The notes under the pieces: model-generated
The model's input: only the letters and a program-made list of their open reading frames with translations
The model's database searches: none
Told to the model about the DNA's origin: nothing
Assembly (NCBI GenBank): GCA_023213395.1
Contig: CM041465.1
Coordinates: forward strand, 51,529,741 to 51,593,740
DNA: 64,000 nt
DNA from: Cycas panzhihuaensis
Lineage: Eukaryota > Plantae > Cycadophyta
Reading direction: 5' to 3'
Translations under genes and position numbers: made by a program
In this document: positions 1 through 13,076 of the stretch, in pieces
How positions within the stretch are numbered: position 1 is the first letter of the stretch
How the letters are laid out: each line of letters begins with the position of its first letter

Positions 1-1297
1 TAACTTGTATATAAAGATTAAAGGAGAATCAATACTTATTGTAGGCCTATATGTTGATGATCTCGTCTACACAAGAAATGACTCTCAATTATCACAAAAG
101 TTTAAAGAAAATATGTGTAAAGAATTTGAGATGATTGATTTGGGCCTCATGTATTACTTCCTAGGTCTGGAGGTATGGCAAGACAAAAATGGGATTTTTG
201 TATCTTAAAGGAAATATACACTAGACTTACTTCAAAGTTCAAGATGAATGATTGCAAGGCATTGACTACACCAACAGAAATTGGAATAAAGCTATCCAAG
301 CTCGATTCTTCTGCATCTGTTAATCCTACACTTTATAAGCAGTTGATTGGCAGTCTAATCTACCTAACATCAACTCGTCCTAATATCATGCATTCAGTTA
401 AGCGTGGTATCTAGGTTTATGCAAGATCCTAAGACAACACATTGGCAAGTGGCAAAGAGGATTCTTCGATACCTAAAAGGCACAACTGGTTATGGGTTCC
501 ATTACAAATCTTCGATAAACTTCAAGTTGATTGGTTACATAGATTCAGACTGGGCAAGTTGTGTTGATGATAGGAAACCCATATCCGGTTACACTTTCAA
601 TATGGGATTAGCATCAATTGCTTGGAGTACCAAAAAGCAAAACACGGTATCCTTGTCTACTACAGAAGCAGAATACAAAGCAACAGTAGCAGGAGCGTGT
701 GAAATAATTTGGCTATGGTGGCTATTTTAAGACTTACAAATAAAACAAGATGGACCTACACACATGATGTGTGATAATCATAGTACAATTCAAATGACAG
801 GCAATCCAATGTTTTATACATGAACGAAGCATATTGAAATACAACATCACTTTATCAGGGAATTAATACAAATAGGCGAGATTGAATTGGTTTACTGCAG
901 TAGAGATAAATAGTTGGCAGACATCTTCACTAAGGCTCTTGGAAGAATAAAGTTTCATAAGTTCAGAGACAAACTTGGAGTTTTTCCTAATGAACATTAT
1001 GGAGGAGAATGAAGGAATAATGTTCATCATAGGGAACCTAAAAGGATGGCGGAATTGGGTGGTGTGGAGCCGACACTAGCCACCCTAGCTGACCCATCTA
1101 CCAATCATTTTAAAGGTGTTTTTTAACCCCAAATGTTGGTAGACGTTGGGGCAACCCGATGACCCGACTATTTAAACGGGCCTCATGGTCCAAACGTTTC
1201 TCTCAACACCGCCAATTTGGAAAATTTATTGATTTTTCACTATGGCTTTATAACTCTTTGTTCTACTCTATCCTCGTTTCCCCATCGCATCTCCAAC
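1..1297 (+). mobile_element. 3' end of a degenerate Ty1/copia element (RT-RNaseH, PPT, 3' LTR) inside intron 2 of the Ppx/GppA gene
   Basis: ORF pieces carry LYVDDL, LIGSLIYL.TRP, KRILRYLKGT, DSDWA..DDRK and SLSTTEAEY, with KHIEI.HHFIRE further on. PPT ggaggagaa lies at 1001-1009 and the LTR starts TGAAGG at 1010. The LTR right end (~1297) is approximate. Confidence 0.9.
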
Positions 1298-1559
1298 TAG
1301 GAAAGACAAGGACTCTAAGTGGTGAGTAGATTTAATGGTAAGCAAAACGTAATATTCATCATTATTTCTAGCTTTAGGACAAATTAGAAAAGAAATTATC
1401 ATTCTATGCCACAAGATTCCACATTACAACACCTAAAGAGTGAAAGGAACTAAAGAGGAAATGACAACAGACAAAGATTCTAAGAAATAAAAATCTTCAA
1501 TTCTGTACAAAAATGTGATGGCAAGCCAAAGAGCTGCCTAATGATAGCAAAGGCCCAAC

Positions 1560-1736
1560 CTTGATGAGATAGTATGAATGCTTATGGTAGCCTTTGTGAC
1601 CGATAAACATGCCAATGTTGTGCAATACAATAGCAGCTTCCATCAATTCAATATCATTTTCATCCAAATGTAATCCTGCTCTACCGAAGCAATCTTGACC
1701 ATCCTCTTTACATCTCATTAAACCATCTAGAAGATC
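1560..1736 (-). CDS. Ppx/GppA phosphatase, second coding exon (start of HD-like C-terminal domain)
   Basis: Acceptor ttttaatttgcag|GAT at 1737/1736 and donor AAG|GTTGGG at 1560/1559 give 177 nt in phase 0-0. The exon encodes ...ELMEAAIVLHNIGMFIGHKGYHKHSYYLIK, matching the LHxIG..I....HKHSYYLI motif of Ppx C-terminal domains. Confidence 0.88.
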
Positions 1737-1985
1737 CTGCAAATTAAAATGAGGAAAAGGAGAAAGCTTACACTAGAGATCACAATTTCAACTCAAAGAT
1801 ATACAACAGGGATATATGTACCATGCTACAAGTGAACCTAGGTGCTTCTATTTTGCTCCTTGAAAAACGGTTAAACTTTAATCAATTGTGCATTGTAAGA
1901 ACGGATGAACTACAAGCCTAAAAACAAAGTTGCCTAAGTGCTTGGGGAAAATGGCAGAAATTAAAAGACAAGTTCACACATTTAC

Positions 1986-3119
1986 CTTTGCCAATCGTGC
2001 AGAGTGAACTGCAGAATTCATCGTTTTCTTGCTGTTAAATCTTCTTGCAAGACCGGTCACCGAACTCCACTTGACATTCGGATCAAGTCTATATCCAATG
2101 CATGCCTTTGCTAGGGTGTCAGCAATGACCCCTTCCCGCAGCGCACAAGGAGAGACCCTAATCTCGTTGATGCCAAGGATTTCAAAAATCTCCTGCAACA
2201 GAATTGCTCCAGCAACTATTGAATCTTGACGTTTTTCAGTAAACCCAAGTAAATTGGCACATTCTTCTTTGTTCTTTATTCTGCATAGTTTTTGTACAAT
2301 AACATTGAGCTCTGTTTTAGTGAATTCCCGGTCTCTAAAAGCATGAAAGGAAACAGGTAGTGACTGGCATCCTTCTGTCCATTCAACAGCATGGCCCTGA
2401 TGTATCATCTGCTCAATGGTTTCTATCGTGCCAGAGCTGCCAATAGCCATCTCAAACCCAATCTCTCGAACCTTTTCTACCAAGCCAGAATCTGCCAATG
2501 TATCCCGAATATATCTCCGCAAGTCTGCTATTTGATCTCTCTCCAGCTCTCCATCTCTCAAAAAGGACTCTGTTAAGCGAATATGGCCAAGCTTTAGAGA
2601 AGTTGCATGCATTGTTTCTCCGCAGTGTCCAAGAACAAACTCGGTTGACCCACCTCCAATATCCACAGTTAAGACAGTCTTATCATACACAGGAAGAGCC
2701 TGAAGGATTCCAAGATAGATGAGGCTGGCCTCTTCCTTTCCAGACAGCACCTCCACATCAACTTCAGTTTCTTCTGCAAGCTTCCTTACAAATTTTCCCC
2801 TGTTTTTGGCCTCCCTCACAGCCGAAGTTGCAACGACTCTCATGTCTGCCTTTTGCAACTCTGCTAACTTCTTGAATCGTTTTATTGCATCTATTGCCCG
2901 TTCCTCAGCTTCTGGCTGAATCATGCCAGTACTAAGACTTCCACTTCCAAGTTTAACATACTCTTTCTCAGAATCAACAATGCGAAATCTGCCATTAGGC
3001 TCTACCTTGACGATAACCATGTGAAACGAATTGCTACCCATATCAACTGCCGCCAGCATTTTCTGCTTCATGAGTGGGCTGGCCCCACTCGTACCAACAA
3101 CATGATTAATGGCAGCCAT
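1986..3119 (-). CDS. Ppx/GppA family exopolyphosphatase / guanosine pentaphosphatase, first coding exon
   Basis: Uninterrupted ORF with AAVDMGSNSFH, VATSAVREAKN, LSGKEEA, DIGGGSTE, GSSGT and ALREG motifs. First ATG is at 3119 (the track's 3137 start is GTG, with an in-frame TAA at 3141-3143). Donor AAG|GTAAAT at 1986/1985. Confidence 0.95.
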
Positions 3120-4097
3120 GCTACAAGTGGAAATCACAGCTTAAATATCAGGCAACGCGCAGAATTGAACCTAGCTGCATCAACGCTGTTTGTCTCAGAC
3201 GAAATTGATCATAAAGCCTGGGCATTGCATTGGGACAAATCGTTCGATTGCTTAAAAATGAAAAGAGTCGCCGGCATAATGGCTCATTTGAAGCATTTAG
3301 TACGTTTCGTGATGTACAGCTTCGAAGAGTTTTCGTTACATCACCTGTTAAACTGCCAGAACTTCAATCAAAGGTCACTCAGAGTGAATTCCCACAGCCG
3401 ATCGTGTTAAACCCAAAGTACTAGTATTCCATCCTTTGCACTAATACCACTATTTTGTTTAACATAACCAGTAACGGGAATCCACTGTTAAGGAGCAATT
3501 ACTGACACTCAAGCCAGGTGGAGGGAAAAAACAACAATAAATTGTGCAATAAGAATTGAAATGAGACTTGTCCAAAGCAATACTCCTTGGCCTGAAAATA
3601 AAGCGACGATACTTTCAACACTCACAACAGAATCACATATTCATGGGATGAATACATTTCAGTACAGCCATACTGCAAGCCCAGAAAATAGGGATGGTAG
3701 AAGACTTTCACCGACCGACTCGATAAGGGGTCAAGTCCTAAGAGAGACACTCATCTCGATAATTACGCTTGTAGAGAAGCCTTGGGATGCTGCGGATGTG
3801 CCTTTCAGAGGGTTTATCCAGGCTGTGACCTTGCTACTGCTCGCTCTCTTGAGGTTTGAACAACAGACAATTAAATTCAATTCAGTAGATTAGCCATTTC
3901 TACTGGGTCTTAAAGAACAAAACAATTAGGAATTCAATCATCTTTCATGGTTCTTCTTAGCAATCGCCGTTCAGCATTTGCAAAATACGAATTTATATAT
4001 ATATACATATATATATATATGTATATCTAGATATACATGATCGGAAATCAGCACAAATCTGTGCTACAAATTAACCATAGGGTGTGATATATCCTAC

Positions 4098-4400
4098 CGT
4101 GGAATCAAATAATCGATCATTAAAATCGCTCCAACACGGCCCTAGGCAAAAGATGACCCAAAAGCTGGGATACTGGGAAACGTGAGGGACGGGAAGGATA
4201 CAAGGTAAAAGCAAGACGGTATGCCGCAGGATTAAAACATATTACCAGATGCAAATTCCAGGTCAATTTCAAACACAGCCGTCTCTTTGCCGTGTCGTGT
4301 CGCATTGCTTGCATTGGCGGTGGGGTCCACGTTACCGTATAATCAACTAAAATTTGATTGGCATTTACAAAAGGCCAATCAGATTTTAACACGTAGGAAT
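4098..4400 (-). promoter_or_regulatory. Putative promoter / non-coding first exon of the Ppx/GppA gene
   Basis: CpG-retaining segment with a candidate donor ACG|GTAGGA at 4098/4097 and a candidate acceptor cacttgtag|CATG immediately before the ATG at 3119. An (AT)n tract at ~3993-4035 lies in the putative intron. Confidence 0.35.
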
Positions 4401-5787
4401 ATATTATTATATTTTTTATTTATTGTGACTAATACACTTTGAAGATGGGGTATTGCATTAGTAGGTTGTAGGTGCAAGAAATTATTAGAAGTCATGAGCT
4501 CAAAGACTCCACTAGTTCAAGCATGGAGAACCTCCCTTGTCATTTACTAAGTAGCTTCCAAATTTTTAAATGTGTAAAAATTACAACTCCAATCTAAATG
4601 GTATAGAGATTATAATAAAGATTATTTGAAGTCTCATGGAGTTGAGTGGATTGATAAGTTGTAACGATTATTAAGAGTGATATTCAGGTTTAAAACTCAT
4701 GAATGTAAGTCACTTCAGGGAAGTACTCCCATCAGCATTCACTGCTGTAAAGATAGTAGTTTGACCAAAATCTGTTAAGTATGCGTCAATGGTATGATCG
4801 CGATATGAACTTTAAGGGCGGTCAGTATAAAGGCAGTACGAAAATCTGGACCCTGGGGTCCCCTTCCTTTAAATTGTTGAACTAAAGTGTGGTTAGAAGT
4901 TCTCCTCTAAATATTAAAAAAAATTGCATTGTTGATATGAGATTTTAATGGATTCGTATTGAGGTTAAGTATCATACATGAGTGTTTTATTAGGCCTTTG
5001 TTGGGTTGGTGTTGAATGGGCGATATTCAATATAAATATTTGAAGACATCTTTCATTTTTTAGTAATTTTTATTTTTAATATTATGCTATTTTCCTCTTA
5101 GTTTGTTTTTGTGTCTGGATGGGTAGGTTTTGGTTATTTCATCATAGATTTGATTGTTTTTATCTGCATGGGTTGAATCAACGACCATCATGGTGATTCA
5201 GTGTGATCAGTTGTATTAGCATTTATCTATTGGTTTTTTTGGGAGAGCTCATGGTCTTGTTATAAGAAAATGCATGAGGCTATTTTCATTGGTTTAATGG
5301 TGGCCAATGAGAAATGGGGATCTTCAAACTATTGTTAGTGGGACTGTAGATTCCCCGTGAGATGAGTTATTATTTAGGCCAATGTTGAATCTTTATGATC
5401 GAGCTATTTGAGTTGTGATTGATTCCTTACAGGCATGTTAAAGAATTTCTCGGTAGTTCAACATTTCTATACATTGGTGGATTGGCTTGACTTGCTTAAC
5501 AGCCTGTGATTTCATTGCTTCTAATAGTCAATTTAGCAGCATTCTATGTTGACTGGATTTTGGGGTGGATTCGCAAATCGAAGATAGGGTATTATGTGAC
5601 TATGTTGGATCAACTAGCAACTGCATCAAGTTATGCCAAATCAACAGGTTTAGGTTGATCACTTGTATCATGTTGCTTAACTTGATTATTAATGATGGTA
5701 ATATGTGATTGGTATATTTGTGGATCGATTGGCCACTGCATCATGTCATGATGGATCAACTACACTTTGATCGGTGCCTCCAATATT

Positions 5788-8700
5788 TGTTGGAATAATG
5801 CCCATTCGGGTCGTATCAGCTCATATCGACCTAGGGTTTGGTAGAAATTATGTTGGCATCACTAGCCGCACCTAGTCGGCTTGTCGAATGTCAACAACAA
5901 ATATTCTAGTGTTTCTTAATGCCGGTTAATTGTAGACATTGAGTGCTTTTCGCTCAATTTCTGCCTATAAATTCATCGGGTCTGAAGACCCTAGTGTTCA
6001 TCAACACCACCACTATATCGTATTCTAGTTTAGTTTGTTCGTGCATTCTCTATTACCTCTGAACCCCCTACATTTCTTCATTTGGTATCAAAGCAAGTTG
6101 CATAAGATTTCAGACCATTATTAAAGCATTGCTTTGTTGCATAAGTGTTCGAGAAATCTTGTAAGAAGTTTTCATCACACACACCATCAGTACATTTGCG
6201 TTATTAATCAATATTTCTTTATTCAGTTTTATAAGTTTATTTCAAAGCTTGCCAATCATTTATATTTGAGTTATTAATCAATATTTTTTTACTCAGTTTC
6301 ATAAGTTTATTTCAAAGCTTGCCAATCATTCATATCTATTGATGCTCTATTTGAAAGAATTTTCATCCATTGCATGTTTGAGCATTTCATACAATCCCTG
6401 TGAAGGAGATCTCACTATTGTGAAGTATATCCCTCTCACTTGAAGAGAAATACATAAACAACAAGGTCTACACATCTACCTAAAAAGAAAGAACTGAATG
6501 CATATTCAAAGGAGATAGGGAGAAATCTATGCAATATGGTTGTCGTAGGTTCATTTGGTGTTCATTATCATTTGTGAAAGGCTACCTATTATTGGTGTTA
6601 GTCTCTTTAGTCACTATTTTGAAAGCATTTCTATATGCACTTTTTGAATTTATCTCTGCTTATGTCTTAATAAAGAGTTATTGCCATTTATCAAGTCTCA
6701 TGTAGGGTTGCCTTATGACTTAAGTCCCATGTCATTTTTTAATAAAATTTATTGTACATTTACATTGCCCCTTTCTATACTTCTGCCTAATATTTATGGC
6801 TGTATCAATGGAATAAATGCACCCTCAGCATATATTATTAAGGTTGTATTTATGTCTTCATTTCCATATTGAATATTAAAAAAAAACTACATTCATTTTA
6901 CCACTTCATTCAACCTTTGAGTAATTTAATGATTTGCGCCCAAAGCTCATCGTAAAGCTGCATTCAAAATTCATCGTTCTATTCTCTATACGACTACCGT
7001 CCAAAATCTGTTCTTTGTGCCTCATTTTCTGTTTCGTACCGGTGTACATGCTATTTATGCTGCACACTCTATATTTAAACATTTCATTTTTTCCTGATGA
7101 AGCTTTAGTATTTCATAATACGGTTGATTTGTCCTTTTATGGTTGCTCAATATTACCTCAATGATTGAACATCAATTTTTATATTTATTACGCCACATTA
7201 CTTCATAATTGTGACATATATTAAACCCCCCTTTAATATTTACCCTCGACAATTTTAATATTTGTGCTTTCTTGATATGTAGGCATTCCATATTTGCGCC
7301 TCCATTTGTGTACTAACAGTGACATATTTGTCTACATAGATTTTTTCATAAATAGTTGTTTCATTCACTTGCCTGCAGACTTAAAAGGAGAAGTATTTAA
7401 TTATATTGGACATTACATTGTTTTTTAGACATAAGACTATTTTATTTAAAGTTTGTATAATATTCAATTATTGCATTAAAATATTTAAATTTTCATTTCC
7501 AATAGCTCCATATTTTGTAGCCGGCAGATCATATGCGTTATAGTGACTAGGCTTAATTTTACAAAGAAGGCCAAGTTAAATTTTCAAGATTACTATTTAA
7601 AGTAAGGACCTATTTCTGCTCTAGAGGCCACAATTTTCAGCAACGAAGTTGAAAATTGATTCTGTCAACACTAGATCGAAGTCCATTCTCACATAGTCAA
7701 AACAAATGGTCACACGACCACTTTTTATTTTAGTTTAATGGACTTTTTTAATGAGTAAAGTTGAAGCAATGTGCTTTTGAGTCTTTTTTGTTAAAAGGTA
7801 AATTTTTTTTGTAAAAGTTTTTAATATATATCTTGGTGGTTCAATATCAAAATTGAGTCCCATATGGAGTGTTTGACTCCATTTTCTATTGTTGATTGAG
7901 TTGTATAGTCATACATTTTTTTTTTAGATCATTTTATGTACTATTTTTATCCTCTAAGGTGGCACTAATGAAGGACTTCTTATGTGATGACCCTTATATA
8001 AACTTGTGAAAAAATCAAATTGTAATCTCCTACTAATAAAAATTATTACTTTTGAGGTGGTTGAAGTTCCAATTGGGACATTTACATTAGTTTTGGAGGT
8101 AAAATGGGATATTTCTTGTGGTTGTTAAATGCCTTTTCATTGTCTTTAGTGCTTTTGATTGCAAGTTTATTTACAAGCACCTTACATTGTTTTAAAGTCA
8201 TTTTCTTAAGGCAATCTTTTATTTATAATAGCATCAAATTTTGTTAATGTATTTGTATCTAAATTTGATAGCACTAACTTTTTAGATTAGAGCAGGGAAA
8301 TGTGACATATTTTTATTGCAAAAGACATGTAGGAGCTTGTTGATGTAGGATATGAAGAAATTAATGAAATTGCTGCCGAAGATCAAAAGAAGAGTTACAA
8401 AGAGAATGTTAAGAAGGACAATGAATCACTTGCACTTATCTTTTATGCATTGGAAGAACACATCTTCCCTAGAGCGAAACTACAATGTCTAGGGAGGCTT
8501 AGGACACCCTCAAGATAACTTATAAAGGAGCGGCATCTTCAAATCTAAAAATCTTAAAGAGTAAACTAAAAAATTTAAGGATGACAACTCGTGAAGGAGT
8601 CAATGAATTTATTGCTAAGGTCTAAGATTTAGTCAATCAAATGAGATTCTTAAGTGAAATGATATGTGAACAAAGAATTGTTGAAAAGATTTTAAGGTGC

Positions 8701-11700
8701 GTAGGAGAAATTAAAAGGTTTGAAATTGTGGCAACAAGTATTAAAGTTTTAAAAGACTTTAATATATTTAAGATTAATCAATTAAGTGTTATACTCTTAG
8801 TTGTTGAGGAAAAAAAAAGAGAAAATGAATCTCTTAAACATGCCTTTGCCAGTAAAGCTAAAATTAGGCAAAATTTTCAAGGACAAAGTTTTAGGGATAG
8901 AGGCCAATCCCCTATAAGAAGAGGCCAACCAAGAAACCAAGGCTAAGGTTTCCAAAATTATCAAGGCAACTTTCAAAGACAAGGAAAATTTTAAGGGCGA
9001 TGCCCTAATCAAGGTTTTCAAGAATAAAATCAAAGGTATTTTCAAGGCCAAGACCAAAACTTTGGAAGAGAAAAAGGAGCTTCTAAGGGAAGAAATCAAA
9101 ATCAAAGAGAAAGAAGTCCAAGAGGAAGAGGAACCACTTAATATTCTTTTTGTCATAGAATTGAATACTTAGAAGAAAATTATTTTGCCAAAAATATAAG
9201 TACACAAAGGGGAACAACTAATAGAGCTATAAAAGAAAGACATGATGATAGATTGTTTCTCTTAAATCTAGTGGCTAATGAAGAAGATGATAGTTAGTAC
9301 ATTGATTTAGAATGTTTAACTCGTGACACACAAAGAAGAATGGTCTAAGGAGATAGATAATTCTAAGAAAAGTAGAATTATATTTAGGGACAATAACATA
9401 CACGCAATAGTTGGAAAATAAAATGTTTCTATAACAACTAATTATAGAGAAACAAGAAGTATAAATGATGTTCTACATGTTCCAACTCTAAAAAAGAATC
9501 TACTCTAGGTGGGTCAGATGATGGAGCAAAAGTATAAAGTGGCCATTAATAATAGAGATTGTGCTATCAAAGATAAGGAATAAGGCGATTATAGCAAGAG
9601 GCCAAAAGACTAGTGATAGGCTATTTAAACTAGTCATACCTCCATCAGATTGCTATGCTTTAAAAGCTTCAACTAATGTGAATTATGAAATATGACATAA
9701 GAGACTTGGCCATGTAAATTATAACAAGTTAGCTTTGATGAAAGAATGGATATGGTGATCAGACTCTCTACTATAGAAACAAACAAAGAGCTTTGTGAAA
9801 GTTACATATTTAAAAAACAATAGAGAAAAAAATTTTAAATGAAAGTTATATGGCCAATACCCCCCTTTAATTGATCTATACGGACCTACATAGTCTAATG
9901 GATGTACTTTCACTAGGAGGTGCTAGGTACTTCATAACTTTTATTAATGGCTTTACTAGAATGACTTGGGTTTATTTTATCAAGTTCAAATTGGATGCTC
10001 TTTAATGTTTTATAAACTTTAAAACTTTGGTTGAGAAACAAAGTGGGTTTAGAATTCTTACCCTAAGATCGGTAATGGGGCATAATTCATCTCAAATGAG
10101 TTTAAAGTATATTGTAACTATTATGACATAAGGAAATAACTCATTAATCTTTATATTCCATAATAAAATGGAGTTATAGAAAGAAAGAATAGAACAATTA
10201 TAGAAATGACAAGGAGTATACTTAAGGATAAGCAACTTGGACATGAATTTTAGGTAAAAGCTATACACATGACTGTTTATTTATTAAACAAGTGTACCAC
10301 CAATGCTACTAAGTAGGTCACACCTAAAGAAGCTTTGACAATTACAAGCAAAGTATAAAACACTTCAGGATTTTTGGATGCTTAGCCTTTACACATATTC
10401 CAGATCAAAAAATGACCAAGTTGGATGATAAGAGCATCAGGTGTATTTTTATAAGATATAATGATATTTTTAGATCCTATAAATTATATGATCCAAAGGA
10501 TAAGAAGATGGTTATAAGCAAGGATGTCATTTTCAAAGAAGATGAATGTTATCAAGAAGAAGTTGAAAAGGATAAAGGAAAAAAGATCATGGTTGAAGTA
10601 GATTCAAATCCTAAGGCTATAAATATACCAAGTCTAAATGAAGCAGGACCATCTACATCAAATCAAAGGGTTCTTAAATGGGTTCAAAGGTCATATGACT
10701 CTTCGAATATTTTAGATAATAACTTTGAGAGAAGAACCACTAGATCTCAAAGGGTAAATTTTGCCTTGATGACTTAAGTGATGGAGTCAAATGAGTCTCA
10801 TAACTTTAAAGAGGCTAATGCACAAAATGAATGGAGAGAAGCTATGAAGGATGAGTATAATACCTTAGTAAAAAATAATACTTAGGAATTAGTAAAATTG
10901 TCACCATACAAGAATGTAATTGGAATCAAATGGGTTTATAAGACCAAATATAAATAAGACAAAATAATTGATAAGTACAAAGCAAGGTTAGTTACTAAAG
11001 GTTATGCCTAAGTTGAAGGCATAGATTATAATGAGACTTTTGCATATGTTGAAAGACTTGAGACAATTCGCTTAATGATGGTTTTAACAATATGACAAGG
11101 TTAGACAATTCAACAAATGGATGTTAAAAGTGCTTTTTTAAATGGTTATATAGAAGAAGAAATATATGTCCAACAACCTAAAGATTTTAAAGTAAAGAGG
11201 GAAAAACACAAGGTCTATAAACTTAAGAAGGCATTATATGGACTCAAACAAGCACCTAATGCATAATACTCTAGGATTGACAAGTATTTTAGAGATAAAG
11301 GATTTTAAAAGAGTCAGTCTAATCCTAACTTATATATCAAGATGGAGGGAAGCTCAATACTTATTGTGAGCTTGTATATTGATAATCTTGTATATACTAG
11401 GAATGACACTCACTTATCCCAAAAATTCAAAGAAGATATATGTAAGGACTTTAAAATGACTAATTTAGGACTTATGCATTACTTCTTAGGCTTGGGAGTA
11501 TGGCAAGATGAAAATGGGATATTTGTTTCTCAAAAGAAATATATATTAGGCTTATTACACATGTTTAATATGAGTAGTTGCAAGCCACTTACAACACCAA
11601 CAGATGTTTGGATGAAGTGATCCAAATTTGAAAAAATAGAATCAGTTGACCCTGTAATCTATAGGCAATTAATTGGAAGTTTAATTTACTTGATTTCAAC

Positions 11701-12621
11701 CCAACCGGATATCATGTATGTCATCAGTATAGTTTCTAGATTTTTGCATGAGCCTAAAGTGACACATTAACAAGTAGTAAAGAGGATTCTTAGGTACTTA
11801 AAGGATATGATCAGATATAGACTTTATTACAGGTCATTAGGGGACTACAGATTGATTAATTATACAGACTCATAATGGATAGGTTGTGTAGATAATAGGA
11901 AATCTACCTTTGGTTACATATTCAGTTTAGGTTCAGTTGCAATTGCATGGTGTTCAAAGAAATAGGTCATAGTTTCCCTATAAACTACAAAGGTAGAGTA
12001 TAAGATAGTTGTAGTAGGAGCTTATGAGATAGTTTGGCTAAGAAGATTACTCTAAGATTTGTAGGAAGAATATGTTGGTCCCATATAGATACTTTATAAT
12101 AATCAAATCACTATTCAGATGATCAAGTGTTTCATGGTAAGATGAAGCACATCAAAATATAACATCACTTCATCAAGGAATTGGTTTAGGAAGGTAAGAT
12201 TGAATTAACCTACTGTAGCACAGAAGATCAGCTGGCAAACATATTTACTAAGGCACTTAGAAAGATAAAGTTTAACAAATTTAAAGATAAACTTAGAGTC
12301 TCCCCAAATATGTATTATGTTGAAGAAATATTGAAATAATACCTATTTGGGCACGTATAGGCTCATATCAACCTAGGGTTCAGTGGAGATTATGTTGACA
12401 CTACTAGCCACACCTAGTCAACTTATTAGATGTTAGCGGTAAATATTCTAGCATATCTTAATGCCAATCGGTAATAGATGTTGAGCACTTCTTACTCAAT
12501 TCCCACCTATAAATTCATTGGGTCCAAAGACCCTAATGTTCATCAACACTACCATTATATTAGATTTTAGTTTAGCCTATTCGTGCATTCTCTACTCCCT
12601 TTGAACCCCTACATTCCTTCA
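5788..12621 (+). mobile_element. Full-length degenerate Ty1/copia element A
   Basis: LTRs 5788-6080 and 12329-12621. Perfect TSD ATATT at 5783-5787 and 12622-12626. PBS TGGTATCAAAGC at 6083-6094 (tRNA-iMet type). Stop-riddled gag-PR-INT-RT-RH at ~8240-12300. Confidence 0.95.
6200..6335. repeat. ~70-bp tandem duplication in the leader of element A
   Basis: gttattaatcaatatt...ataagtttatttcaaagcttgccaatcatt occurs twice (from 6200 and 6270). Confidence 0.9.
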
Positions 12622-12677
12622 ATATTTGGATTGGCATTGTTCCATTTTGTTTTGCTTGGGTTGTAGCCTTCTTATAA

Positions 12678-13076
12678 GAAAAAGTTATAGTTTATTCTCT
12701 AAGAATTATATCTAAAGGCAATCCAGAGATAATTTTAATATTGCCTCTTGATAAAAGGGTCATTGATGTATATTTTGCCCTTAAGGAAGGTTCGAGCTAT
12801 AACTTGAAGTTCACATTCATGGTTTACAATAATATTAATCTTGTTTTGACATGTTGCAACCCGGTTTGGAAAGGAGGAATCTAAGTTGATCAAACTGATG
12901 TTATATTAAGAACATTTAGTTCATAACATAAGTCATATATTCATATCATAGAGGACGACACAACCCCAATAGGAGTTCTTGCTCATGGATCTTATACATC
13001 AAAAGAAACATTTGTAGATGATGATGGAAGATGCCATCTTCAAATGCAATACTCTTTTGAGATCTAAAAGGACTAA
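12678..13076 (+). pseudogene. Intronless (processed) Rho/ROP GDP-dissociation inhibitor pseudogene, C-terminal Ig-like domain
   Basis: A single 133-codon frame reads EKVIVYSLRIISKGNPEIILILPL...FALKEGSSYNLKFTFMVYNNI...VWKGGI*VDQTDVILRTFSS*...TTPIGVLAHGSYTSKETFVDDDGRCHLQMQYSFEI*KD*. This matches plant RopGDI motifs LKEGS.Y, VWKGG, TTPSG..ARG.Y and F.DDD..C. It has three internal stops and no intron. Confidence 0.9.

Noticed and set aside
1974-3137. Ppx/GppA as bacterial contamination or recent HGT
   Set aside because: It has GT-AG introns in phase and sits among plant retroelements.
2029-3893. Plus-strand ORFs overlapping or upstream of the Ppx exon
   Set aside because: Antisense shadows or chance ORFs with no recognisable motifs.
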